Positions 1 through 8,282 of a DNA stretch of 23,763 bases are shown here, one piece after another. Source of the stretch: Myxococcota bacterium (GTDB taxonomy: Bacteria > Myxococcota_A > UBA796 > GCA-2862545). The translations under genes were made by a program, and so were the position numbers. Positions within the stretch are counted from its first letter, which is position 1; each line of letters opens with the position of its first letter. The stretch lies in assembly GCA_039208735.1 (NCBI GenBank), contig JBCCQY010000145.1:1-23763 (forward strand), read 5' to 3'. Under the pieces are notes generated by a model that was not told the origin of the DNA, ran no database searches, and saw nothing but the letters and a program-made list of their open reading frames with translations.

Positions 1-817
1 CAATCCGTGCGGTACGCAACGCTTCGGGCAGCGGCTCGGTCGCCGGCAGCCCCTTCAACGCCTGCTCGACCCGAAGGCGAAGCGCCCACACCGCTGTGGC
101 ATGGACCGGATCCTCTCGGTCGATAAGGGCAAGCCCGGTCTCTAGGTGGTTCAACGCCAGACCCGGCTCTGAGAGCCTCGCCTGAGCCCAAGCCCACAGG
201 AGGTGGACGTACCCCAACGTGGCACTTCGAACCTCCGGGCTCACTGGCGTCACCTTGACGGCTTTCGTCTTGCGGTCCCGCTCTTGGTGCGCGATGGAAC
301 GCTCGTCACAGGAGAATTCGAAGCAGCTGACGAGCGGGGGCAACAGGCGCTCGAGTTCGCCCGAAAGGGTCGGAGTGTGATGCGGTTCGATGTGCTGATC
401 GGCGTGCCGAATGCTCGCGGGCAGCGCAACGGGATCGGCTCGCAATGTCGCGGCAAACCCGGCGGCCATAAGCGCGCGCCGGGTGAGGCCAGGCGCTGAC
501 GAGGCAACGAGGGCTTGCAGGCGCGAACCAAGCTGTTCGTCCCCTGCACACCGGACCGCCCTATCGCGTAGACGATCGCTCATCGCGTGGCTGCGCAGCG
601 CCCGAGCCACCTCCCGCCAGGTGGAGCCTTCACTGTGCGCGGTTTCGGCGTCGGCCCACCGCCCGAGTACCGCCGGAAGCGCGGTCGAATCCGCTTCCCA
701 CACCGCACGTGACCAACACAGCCGAGCCTCGCGCAGCCGCCCATCGCGCAGCATCGCCTCCGCCTGCTCGCTCCAGCCCGACGCGGACGGCGCGGCCAAC
801 TTGGAATCATCTTGCAT
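1..817 (-). CDS. Hypothetical alpha-helical protein, partial (runs off left edge; at least 272 aa, MQDDSKLAAPS...)
   Basis: Manually translated: open frame from ATG at 817 (GGAGGGGAG RBS upstream) to the window edge. Absent from the ORF track because no stop lies in the window. Overlaps the stop of the upstream cytochrome remnant by 11 nt. Confidence 0.7.
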   Translation of the reverse strand, partial: MQDDSKLAAPSASGWSEQAEAMLRDGRLREARLCWSRAVWEADSTALPAVLGRWADAETAHSEGSTWREVARALRSHAMSDRLRDRAVRCAGDEQLGSRLQALVASSAPGLTRRALMAAGFAATLRADPVALPASIRHADQHIEPHHTPTLSGELERLLPPLVSCFEFSCDERSIAHQERDRKTKAVKVTPVSPEVRSATLGYVHLLWAWAQARLSEPGLALNHLETGLALIDREDPVHATAVWALRLRVEQALKGLPATEPLPEALRTARI

Positions 818-1340
818 CGAACTCCCCTCCGGATTCGCCCTTACGATCGATGTGTGCTGCTCTCTTGACGCGGATCGACACACGACAGGGGTCGCAAACC
901 ACAGTTCGGACCTCATGGTCAGGCAAAAAGGATGCATCGACCGGGTCCACGAGTCGCAGTTCGACGAACACCCGACCCTCGGGTACCCGAACCGTCTTCG
1001 GCACCCCAGGCACCAAGCGAGTGTCACGGACCACTCGGAACGGGTCAAGGGCGAGTTCGCGCGCCAACAGGGTCCAGCCAAGGAGCGTTCCGTCGTTGGA
1101 CCGCGACCCAACGACGAGATGTCGAAACAGGTCACCTGTGGGCACCCGGTGACCAACATCCTGTGCAGTCAGCGTCACGTTGAGCCCGCTTTCGGCCTCG
1201 GTCACCACGACATCAACCGCCTGCCGCAACCAGCGAGCGTCGTGGCCCCCTCGTGCACGATGGTCGTGACAATCCGGGCAGGCCAGGCCTGCCTTGGCGG
1301 CTGGGCTCTTGCGCCACTCGGCATCGTAGTCGATTGGCAT
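807..1340 (-). pseudogene. C-terminal remnant of a multiheme c-type cytochrome (c554-like family)
   Basis: End of ORF 807..2714(-): EWRKSP..ACPDCH (CxxCH)..GGHD..VGHRVPTGDLFRHLVV, a typical tail of these cytochromes. No signal peptide or upstream hemes, so 5'-truncated. Confidence 0.6.
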
Positions 1341-1412
1341 CGCACGAACATGCGATGGTCCGCCCTCACTCCATTGGTGATGCAGTTTGTGCTCCAAGGG
1401 GCAGGAGGCACC

Positions 1413-2693
1413 ATGCGCGTTTCGTTGTTGGGGTTTGGATTGGTGGCGTGTTCGGTCACTCCGTCGGTTCCTGGCGTTCCGCCTACAACGCAGAGCCCAG
1501 AGAACCCCACCAATCCAACAGACCCGATGGATCCTACCGATCCCAAGGATCCTGCCAATCCCACCGATCCGACGGACTGCCCGTTGATCGAGCAATTCGC
1601 CGACGTCGACCGGGACGGATTTGGCGATCGTTCCGACCGGGTCGAAGACTGCGACATCCTCCCCGGAAGGGTGACCAACGGCGAAGACTGTCGCGACGAT
1701 GACCCCAACATTTACCCAGGCGCACCGGAGCGCTGCAATGCCATCGACGACGACTGCAATCCCACGACACCAGGCGAAGGGGTTGGTTTCGAGGACATCA
1801 CCGGCTGGTCCGACCTGACGGCGAGCTTTGCCGCTGGAACCGCGACGACTCCCACAACCGAATCCCTGCTGAACGACGGCACGCTGCACGTGTGCGCGGG
1901 ACGGTGGTTCGTGGGCCTCGACATTCAGGCGAACGTCGACATCGTAGGCGATCCGAGCGGTGGTGCGGTCGTCTTCGATGGCGAAGACATCATTTCCGGC
2001 ATCCTCGTCGACGATGGGGCAAGGGTGACGCTCGAAGACCTCCGCCTCGAGGAGTTCATGGGTGGTTCCTACGGTGCAAGCCTCGGGTCGGCGCTTGGCT
2101 GTGGGAATGGAAGCACGGTTGTGGCGCGGAACGTCGAGTTCTTTGATAACGAGTCGCTCGTCGGCGGCGCGGTCTGGGCACGTTCGGGTTGTGACCTCAC
2201 GCTGGAGAACACCACCTTCCGAGACAACCAGTCCGCGTTCGGGGGGGGACACCTCGCCGTTCAAGGCAGCACCGCGGTTGTCGACAACAGCTCCTTTGGT
2301 GGGGGCATCACCTTGAGCGAAGGCGGAGCGATCTTGGTGGTCGCAGGTGGAGGAAACGCGGCTTCGTTGACCTGTACAGATTGCGAACTGGACGCGAACG
2401 AAGCGGGCACCGACGGCGGCGGCATCGCCGTTCTGGGACCCGATGCGAACGTCGTGATGACCGGGGGCGAGATCACCGACAGCCTCGCCGGCAACCTGGG
2501 GGGCGGCGTTTACCTGTTTACCGCAAACGACCAGGTCACCACGTCCATCTCCTTTTCGAACACGAGTTTCGGTCCGAATGTCACGCAGGGCGAAGAGTCC
2601 GATGTCTACTACTTTGCCAATGAGTTCTTCAATCTCAACTACACCTATAACGGCGTGACTACGGTCTTCTGCAACCAATACGGCTGCATCTGA
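1413..2693 (+). CDS. Lipoprotein with Pro/Thr/Asp linker, MopE-like putative metal-binding repeat and right-handed beta-helix (GGAI/FxxN) repeats
   Basis: GGAGG RBS before ATG 1413. Lipobox LVAC. DCRDDDPNIYPGAPERCNAIDDDCN motif. Repeated FxDN..GGAV/GGAI/GGGI. Confidence 0.85.
   Translation: MRVSLLGFGLVACSVTPSVPGVPPTTQSPENPTNPTDPMDPTDPKDPANPTDPTDCPLIEQFADVDRDGFGDRSDRVEDCDILPGRVTNGEDCRDDDPNIYPGAPERCNAIDDDCNPTTPGEGVGFEDITGWSDLTASFAAGTATTPTTESLLNDGTLHVCAGRWFVGLDIQANVDIVGDPSGGAVVFDGEDIISGILVDDGARVTLEDLRLEEFMGGSYGASLGSALGCGNGSTVVARNVEFFDNESLVGGAVWARSGCDLTLENTTFRDNQSAFGGGHLAVQGSTAVVDNSSFGGGITLSEGGAILVVAGGGNAASLTCTDCELDANEAGTDGGGIAVLGPDANVVMTGGEITDSLAGNLGGGVYLFTANDQVTTSISFSNTSFGPNVTQGEESDVYYFANEFFNLNYTYNGVTTVFCNQYGCI
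1498..1578 (+). repeat. Degenerate 9-bp tandem repeat encoding a (P-x-D/N)n linker
   Basis: PENPTNPTDPMDPTDPKDPANPTDPTD, about 9 units. Confidence 0.8.
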
Positions 2694-2815
2694 GGTAAAC
2701 GACGACCGCGGCACACTCTCGTTCGTCGTTCAGACTCGCAGGGCCATTCGATGCGGTTCGAAGAACTCTGAATCCTCAAGCCGGCCGTCCGACTCCTCCT
2801 CGTCACGGAGGCCAA

Positions 2816-3685
2816 ATGAACCGTCAAATCGCGTGGCTCATTCCGCTGGTTGGTCTACTGGGGTGCGAGGCCGAGCCTGTCACTCCGGGGGATGCCGCCG
2901 TACTCGAGGGTTGGAACCGGATCTCGGTGGGAGAGGCAGCGACCCTTACGGATGCGCAATTCGTCGACACGAGATCCGAAACAAACTTCGAGGCAGGACA
3001 CATTCCAGGCGCACTTCAGCTCGATGCGGCGACGTTGCGCGAGACGGTCGACGGCATTGGGGGACAAGCGCTGCCCCGCAGTGAAGCCGACACGCTGCTG
3101 GCTCGATCCGGGCTTGAGGCGGATCTCCCCATCGTGGTGTATGGACCCGCCAACGACACGGGAACGGCTCGGGTACTATGGAGTCTCGCCTACTATGGCG
3201 CATCCGATGCCCTCCGTCTGTTGGATGGTGGACTGGAGCGGTGGACCGATGAGGGCAAGGACATTGAGGCGACCGCGGCGACGACGTTCATGGGACCTTG
3301 GAACGGGGGCGCCACCCGCAGTGAACTCCGCGTAGACCAGCAGTGGGTGCTCGACCATCTCGATGATTCAGATGTCGCCTTGTTCGATGTGCGATCGGCC
3401 ACCGAGTATGAGGCGGGACACATTCCCGGGGCCATCCATGCGGAATGGACCCAGAACCTCGATACCGACGGTTTGTTCCGGTCCACCGAAGAGGTCTTGG
3501 CGCTTCACGACAACCCGAGCGCGCCCACGATCGTGGTCTACTGCCAGAGCGGCGCCCGCGCGTCGGTGAGCTGGTCGCTGCTCCAGTTTGCCGATCTTGG
3601 GGATGTCCGTCTTTACGATGGGTCGTGGAATGAATGGGGAACCGACCCGGACACGCCCAAGGTCACGGGGCCCAATCCCCGATGA
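2816..3685 (+). CDS. Two-domain rhodanese/sulfurtransferase (SseA-like), lipoprotein
   Basis: Two GHIPGA motifs, LLDGG, active-site loop YCQSGARA, C-terminal YDGSWNEW, lipobox LLGC, GGAGG RBS. Confidence 0.9.
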   Translation: MNRQIAWLIPLVGLLGCEAEPVTPGDAAVLEGWNRISVGEAATLTDAQFVDTRSETNFEAGHIPGALQLDAATLRETVDGIGGQALPRSEADTLLARSGLEADLPIVVYGPANDTGTARVLWSLAYYGASDALRLLDGGLERWTDEGKDIEATAATTFMGPWNGGATRSELRVDQQWVLDHLDDSDVALFDVRSATEYEAGHIPGAIHAEWTQNLDTDGLFRSTEEVLALHDNPSAPTIVVYCQSGARASVSWSLLQFADLGDVRLYDGSWNEWGTDPDTPKVTGPNPR

Positions 3686-3805
3686 TCGGGGACCGCATGG
3701 GTCTCAAGCTGTGAACACGCGGTCCAGGCGACGGCGCCGCCGGCGAATAAGAAACACCATCTGAGAGGTCGCGAAGGAAGAAGGTCAAGGAATAGACTGG
3801 GCTCG

Positions 3806-5689
3806 ATGGCTGAAGTCAAGAAAGCGATGATCAGCAGCACCTCGCGGGACCTGCCGGAGCACAGGGACCAAGCCCGTGATGCGTGTTTGAGCCAGGGTGT
3901 GTTCCCGCTGATGATGGAACACCTGCCCGCTACCGATTCCGACGCGATCGCGGTGTCGCTCCGCATGGTCACCGAATCCGATGTTTACCTAGGCATTTTT
4001 GGCCGACGTTACGGCTATGTCCCGCAGGGCCACGCGATCTCCATCACTGAGATGGAGTACGATCGCGCCCTCGAGCTGGGCATTCCTCGGCTCATCTTCA
4101 TCATGGCGAATGAACACGCGCCGATCGATGAGCCCCCCGAAAGCGAAGAGAAAGCACAGAAGCTCGATGCGCTCAAAGCCCGGCTCCGTTCTGAAGCGAT
4201 CGTGAGCCTCTTCAAGTCCCCCGACGATCTGCGGGCCCACCTGCACCACAGCCTCGCCCGCTACAAAGAGAGCCACCCCACCACGGAATACCGGCCAACC
4301 TCGAGCGAGTCGGCGTATTTCTCCCGCCCCATCCAAGAGCAAATGGCGCGCCTCAACAAGGCCATCGACCAGCTCACAAAAGACCAGTTCAAAGTCATCG
4401 ACTTCTTGAGCGGCCACCGCCGGGTCGCGATCACGGGGGGCGCCGGCACGGGCAAAACCCTGGTGGCAACCGAGAAAGCCATCCGCATGGCCCACGCCGG
4501 CATGCGCACCCTAATGATGTGCCACAACCCCCATTTGGCCACGCACATTCGGAACCTCGTGGCCGGCACGCAGGTCGAGGTGGCGCACTTCGCCGAGTGG
4601 GTCGCCAAGCTGGTCGGAAAGCCCTACGGCTTCGACGACTCCTGGTCGCACTTTGCAGAGCCACTCGAAGCGGACCTCGACGAGGCGTTCGACATCCTGA
4701 TGGAAACCGACCGCCGGTACGATGCCATCATCGTCGACGAAGCGCAGGACTTCCGCGACGAATGGTGGCTGGTGGTGGAGGCCGCGCTCGAGAACCCTGA
4801 GCACGACATTCTCTACATCTTCCACGACAACAACCAGGCGCTGCTTCCGCATCGTGCCCGCTATCCGGTGGTGCAATCCCCCATTGTGCTGACCCAGAAT
4901 TGCCGCAACGCTGGCGAGGTTTTCGACGTCGTCACGGCCTTCCACTATCGGCTCCGCCAAACGCCTCCCTCCGAACTCCTGCAACGTGAAGGGATCTACC
5001 GAAAGTGGATCGTGCAGGATGATCGACCCATCCAAGCCGTCCACGAAGCCATACAGACGGCCTCCTCTACCATGGACCCATCGCAACTCGTGGTCCTTAC
5101 GCCAGACGATCTGGGCACGTCCCCGCTGAACGGTCTGGAAGTCCCCATCGAATTCGCATGGCGCTGGCAAGACAAGATCCGGTACTACTTCGACTACCTG
5201 CCCCGCGAATTCAGCAGCCCTCTCCGCCTGCCCCCGTTGAGCGAAGCCCTCACGCCCACCCCAGCCGACGTCCGCGCGGTCGTGAACATCGCGGAACGCA
5301 CGTTGCGAAGCATCCAACGTCAAGCCATGCCGTTCACGGTCCGTCCCAAATGGGTGGTCGATGACCGAGGGCTTCGACTCCGTCCCAGCCACCTGTCCAA
5401 CTACGAACGCCTCCAGTTCTTCGCGACCGAAGATTGGGCGGCCACGCTCCCTGAACCCCCAAAGCTTCGGCTGCTCCCCGCAAGTCTCTACCAGGGCCAC
5501 GAGCACGAGGTTCTCCTCGCCTCGGTGTCGGCCTTCAAGGGACTCGAATCGGACGGAGTGGTCCTTTGTGCGTTGCGCCCCCACAACCAACTTCGAGCCA
5601 ACCTCTACGTCGGCGCCTCGCGAGCCCGCTACCTGCTTCACCTCGTGATCGACCCTCGTTCGAACGCCCAACTGCCTCGCCACGGGTAA
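3806..5689 (+). CDS. DUF4062 domain fused to a superfamily-1 (UvrD/DUF2075-like) helicase/ATPase
   Basis: N-term ISSTSRDLPEHR..ESDVYLGIFGRRYG..SITEMEYDRALELGIPRLIF (DUF4062). Walker A GGAGTGKT, Walker B IIVDEAQD, then DNNQ, LTQNCRN, FKGLESD and YVGASRAR helicase motifs. Confidence 0.85.
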   Translation: MAEVKKAMISSTSRDLPEHRDQARDACLSQGVFPLMMEHLPATDSDAIAVSLRMVTESDVYLGIFGRRYGYVPQGHAISITEMEYDRALELGIPRLIFIMANEHAPIDEPPESEEKAQKLDALKARLRSEAIVSLFKSPDDLRAHLHHSLARYKESHPTTEYRPTSSESAYFSRPIQEQMARLNKAIDQLTKDQFKVIDFLSGHRRVAITGGAGTGKTLVATEKAIRMAHAGMRTLMMCHNPHLATHIRNLVAGTQVEVAHFAEWVAKLVGKPYGFDDSWSHFAEPLEADLDEAFDILMETDRRYDAIIVDEAQDFRDEWWLVVEAALENPEHDILYIFHDNNQALLPHRARYPVVQSPIVLTQNCRNAGEVFDVVTAFHYRLRQTPPSELLQREGIYRKWIVQDDRPIQAVHEAIQTASSTMDPSQLVVLTPDDLGTSPLNGLEVPIEFAWRWQDKIRYYFDYLPREFSSPLRLPPLSEALTPTPADVRAVVNIAERTLRSIQRQAMPFTVRPKWVVDDRGLRLRPSHLSNYERLQFFATEDWAATLPEPPKLRLLPASLYQGHEHEVLLASVSAFKGLESDGVVLCALRPHNQLRANLYVGASRARYLLHLVIDPRSNAQLPRHG

Positions 5690-5720
5690 TCTCGGGCTAT
5701 CGTCGATGGAAAACGGCGGT

Positions 5721-6815
5721 TCACCGTCTGTTGGGGTCAGCCTCGCGAATCTCGAGGATTTTGGACGTCAACGCGTCTGCCATCACTTCGTGATCGGCTA
5801 CTTCGGGGTGACGACCATGGCCGTTGTAGTCGAACACCAAGGAATGAACTTTGTCATCGCCTTGTTGCTGTAAGGTCTCGACGGCCAGTTCGAGGTAGCC
5901 CGGCATGGGGGAGCCAAAGGCCACCGCATCCATGCTTCCCAGCGCAAGAAGCACGTCTGCGTCGGGGTAGACGTCTCGAAGAGCGTCGTAAAAATCGATG
6001 TAGGTCGACTGAATCTCCGACCCCGCGCCCAGCCAGTAGTCGTTCTGCCCGAGGTTCACGACCACCAGCTCGGGCTGCCAAGAAAAGTCCCACGCACCAT
6101 CACCCAGTTGCAGGCCATCCCAATGGTCAAACATGGTTTCGGGCCACCACGACAGTTGAATGCCAATACCCGAAATGGAAATCGCCCGGGCTTCGGCGCC
6201 CACCGCTTCGGCGGCCAGTGCGGCGTAGCTAAGGTCGAAGTTCTTGTATTCGGGAAGCGCTTCGTCGCATGCACACTCGATCGAATAGCTGGAGGTAATC
6301 GAATCGCCATAAAACTCGATGCCAAAGGCAGGACGTTCGCTCTCTTCCAACCAACCGTCCGCCATCACGCCACGAAATCGCAAGGCTCCGTCGGCCGCCT
6401 CGGTCCGCTTGCTCAAACGAAACGCATGGGGCCCTGGGGCGAGTCCCTCGGCCACCACGTAGTCATGAATGCCGTCAAGAAGTTCGATCACCTGGGGCTC
6501 TTCGTCGTCAACGTAAACGTTGACCCAGTTGGTGCCGGACCCTTGGAGCTGCACGGTGATGGTGGTCGCATCGATCACCCCTTTCACCGAAGACCCTGAC
6601 CACACCAGGATCGGTGCGGTCCGTGCTCGCTGGTCGATGCGCCCCATGTAGACCCAACGCGGGTCGTCGGCAGGCAGCACCTTAAACCCCCTCGGCTCGT
6701 CGCTCGGAGGAGGGGGCAAGGTCTCTTTTGGCGAATCTTCCCTCGGAGCATCGCCCTTCGGTGGGGGATCGGGCTCCGCGGTACAAGCCGCCAACGTCGC
6801 AAAGATAAGCGTCAC
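5721..6815 (-). CDS. SGNH/GDSL hydrolase lipoprotein (CE2-like carbohydrate esterase)
   Basis: Lipobox LAAC. CE2-like N-domain (YMGR..WSGS..KRTE). FYGDSIT, SGIG, NLGQND, HPxxxDH. Confidence 0.85.
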   Translation of the reverse strand: MTLIFATLAACTAEPDPPPKGDAPREDSPKETLPPPPSDEPRGFKVLPADDPRWVYMGRIDQRARTAPILVWSGSSVKGVIDATTITVQLQGSGTNWVNVYVDDEEPQVIELLDGIHDYVVAEGLAPGPHAFRLSKRTEAADGALRFRGVMADGWLEESERPAFGIEFYGDSITSSYSIECACDEALPEYKNFDLSYAALAAEAVGAEARAISISGIGIQLSWWPETMFDHWDGLQLGDGAWDFSWQPELVVVNLGQNDYWLGAGSEIQSTYIDFYDALRDVYPDADVLLALGSMDAVAFGSPMPGYLELAVETLQQQGDDKVHSLVFDYNGHGRHPEVADHEVMADALTSKILEIREADPNRR

Positions 6816-6874
6816 ATGCCCCCCTTCGCGACACAGTCTAGTTCACGATTCAGCTCATCGCGAGGGCGGCCTTG

Positions 6875-6880
6875 TACGTT
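6875..6880 (+). promoter_or_regulatory. -10 box (TACGTT) of the IS110 circle-junction promoter
   Basis: Lies 17 bp from TTGACG (8264-8269) only after end-joining at the CT core. Confidence 0.75.
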
Positions 6881-6883
6881 CAA

Positions 6884-7245
6884 GGCATGGCGAGCGAGGG
6901 CGCGTGGAGGTCCCCTGAGAGGGGAACCGAGACGTTCCCGAGCGAGCCATGCCACCTCAGCTCATCGAGCGGCTGCTGTGGTGTTCCGTGTGCTCTCGGC
7001 AGGAGCCCGAAGGGCGGCCGAGGCCTCGAGCCTGCCAGTTAGATCGCTGGCCCCGTTGAGAGCCTGCGGTAGCCTTTGGGGCCACACGGGCGGTAGCTCG
7101 TCGGCGCCGAGCCATTGGAGGCTGAAAGTAGAGTGAGCCCCGCCCTCATCACCCTGTGGAGGCCGTAGAGAATCAGGTGGCGTAGACCACGCGTTCGCAA
7201 GGCAGGCCTGGGTGTTGGTTCAGGGTCGGGGCCCGTGCGGCACTT
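6884..7245 (+). ncRNA. IS110 bridge RNA (5' hairpin, two target-type loops, one donor-binding loop); ends approximate
   Basis: 5' stem 6884-6891/6946-6953. TBL1 guides 7011-7019 and 7037-7042. Second loop guides 7101-7108 and 7125-7131. DBL guides 7167-7174 and 7197-7201. Each loop has an apical hairpin and closing stems found by manual pairing. Confidence 0.85.
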
Positions 7246-7265
7246 AACGCGAAGGGGGGCCTCGA

Positions 7266-8267
7266 ATGGCACGACGCATGGCCGTGGGTATCGACGTCAG
7301 CAGCAAGCACTTCCACGTGGCCTGCATCGGCCGCGAGGAGATCGAGGTCTTCGAGAACTCCTCGACGGGTCGCAAACAGCTCGTGAAGGCCCTACGTCGC
7401 CATCGGGGTCCGATCGTGGCCGCGCTGGAGTCGACGGGCCCGTATGGCCTCGCGCTGGCCCTGGAGCTGCACAAGGTTCGCCGGATCGAGGTCCGGTACG
7501 TGAACCCAAAGGCGGCGAAGGGCTACGCGAGCCGGGGCCTGGCCCGCGCCAAGACGGACCGCGTGGATGCCCAGGCGCTCTCGCGCATGGCCCAGGAGGC
7601 CTTCGGGGTTCCTTAGGAGCCTCCGTCCGAGCACGCGCTGCAGCTTCGTGCGTGGGCACGGCGCGTCCGAAGCCTGGTCAACGACCGCACGCGCGAAAAG
7701 AACCGGCTGGGGTCGACAAAGGCCGCTGCGGTGCTGCCCGCCGCGCTCATCGAGGACATCGAGGACAACATCGCCGCGCTGGGCGCCCGCATTGACAGGC
7801 TTCGTCAGCGGATGGTTGTGTTCGCTCGACAAGACGCCGACCTTAGCGCGCAGATCGACCTGCTTTGCAGCGTGCCGGGGATCGGGGAAGCGATCGCGGT
7901 GGAGGTGTTGTCGGAGCTCGGGTGGATGCCCAGGGATCTGACGGCCCGACAGCTCGTGGCCCAGGCCGGGCTCGACCCGCGTCCGAAACAGTCCGGGCAG
8001 CGGGACGCCCCGCGGCACATCAGCAAGTTGGGCTCGAAGTACCTGCGCGGCATTCTCCACATGGCGGCGCTGACGTCGGTGCAGCACTGCTCGGAGGTCG
8101 AGGCGTTCCACCGCGTGCTGACAGAGCAGCGTCACAAGAAGCCACTCGTGGCCTATGTTGCCGTCTCTCGCAAGTTGCTTCACACGATCCACGGCATGCT
8201 GAAGACCCGGACCGCGTTTGACCCGTCTCGGTTCTACCAGCCCAAGAAAGTGCCCCGTGTAGCTTGA
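7266..8267 (+). pseudogene. IS110 family recombinase/transposase (333 codons) interrupted by one in-frame TAG at 7614-7616
   Basis: ORFs 7266..7616 and 7731..8267 share a frame. GIDVS, LESTG and KTDRVDA (DEDD RuvC), coiled coil, then VPGIG, AGLDP..QSG and ISKLGSKYLR (Tnp domain with catalytic Ser). Confidence 0.92.
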
Positions 8268-8269
8268 CG
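8264..8269 (+). promoter_or_regulatory. Outward-facing -35 box (TTGACG) at the IS110 right end
   Basis: Overlaps the recombinase stop codon, 15 bp before the end of the CT core. Confidence 0.75.
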
Positions 8270-8282
8270 GCCAACAGAGAAT

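Noticed and set aside
411..1412. N-terminal 334 aa of the 760-aa ORF
   Set aside because: Antisense shadow of two minus-strand genes; RBS and lipoprotein signal start at 1413.
1341..2714. Upstream part of the 635-aa minus-strand ORF
   Set aside because: Antisense to the lipoprotein gene; only 807-1340 is protein-like.
5610..5622. TCGGCGC-CT matching the loop-2 left guide
   Set aside because: Right side is CGCG rather than ACTT; a 9-mer match is plausible by chance in GC-rich DNA.
4511..5683. 390-aa antisense ORF (likewise 12067..13137, 7392..8192, 22814..23560)
   Set aside because: Typical high-GC shadow frames opposite motif-supported genes.
6816..7136. 106-aa ORF over the IS left end
   Set aside because: Crosses the element boundary, has no motifs, and is better explained by structured RNA.
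7614..7616. Programmed TAG recoding (pyrrolysine or alternative code)
   Set aside because: Other genes here end in TAG and no pyl genes are visible; a Trp nonsense change is simpler.
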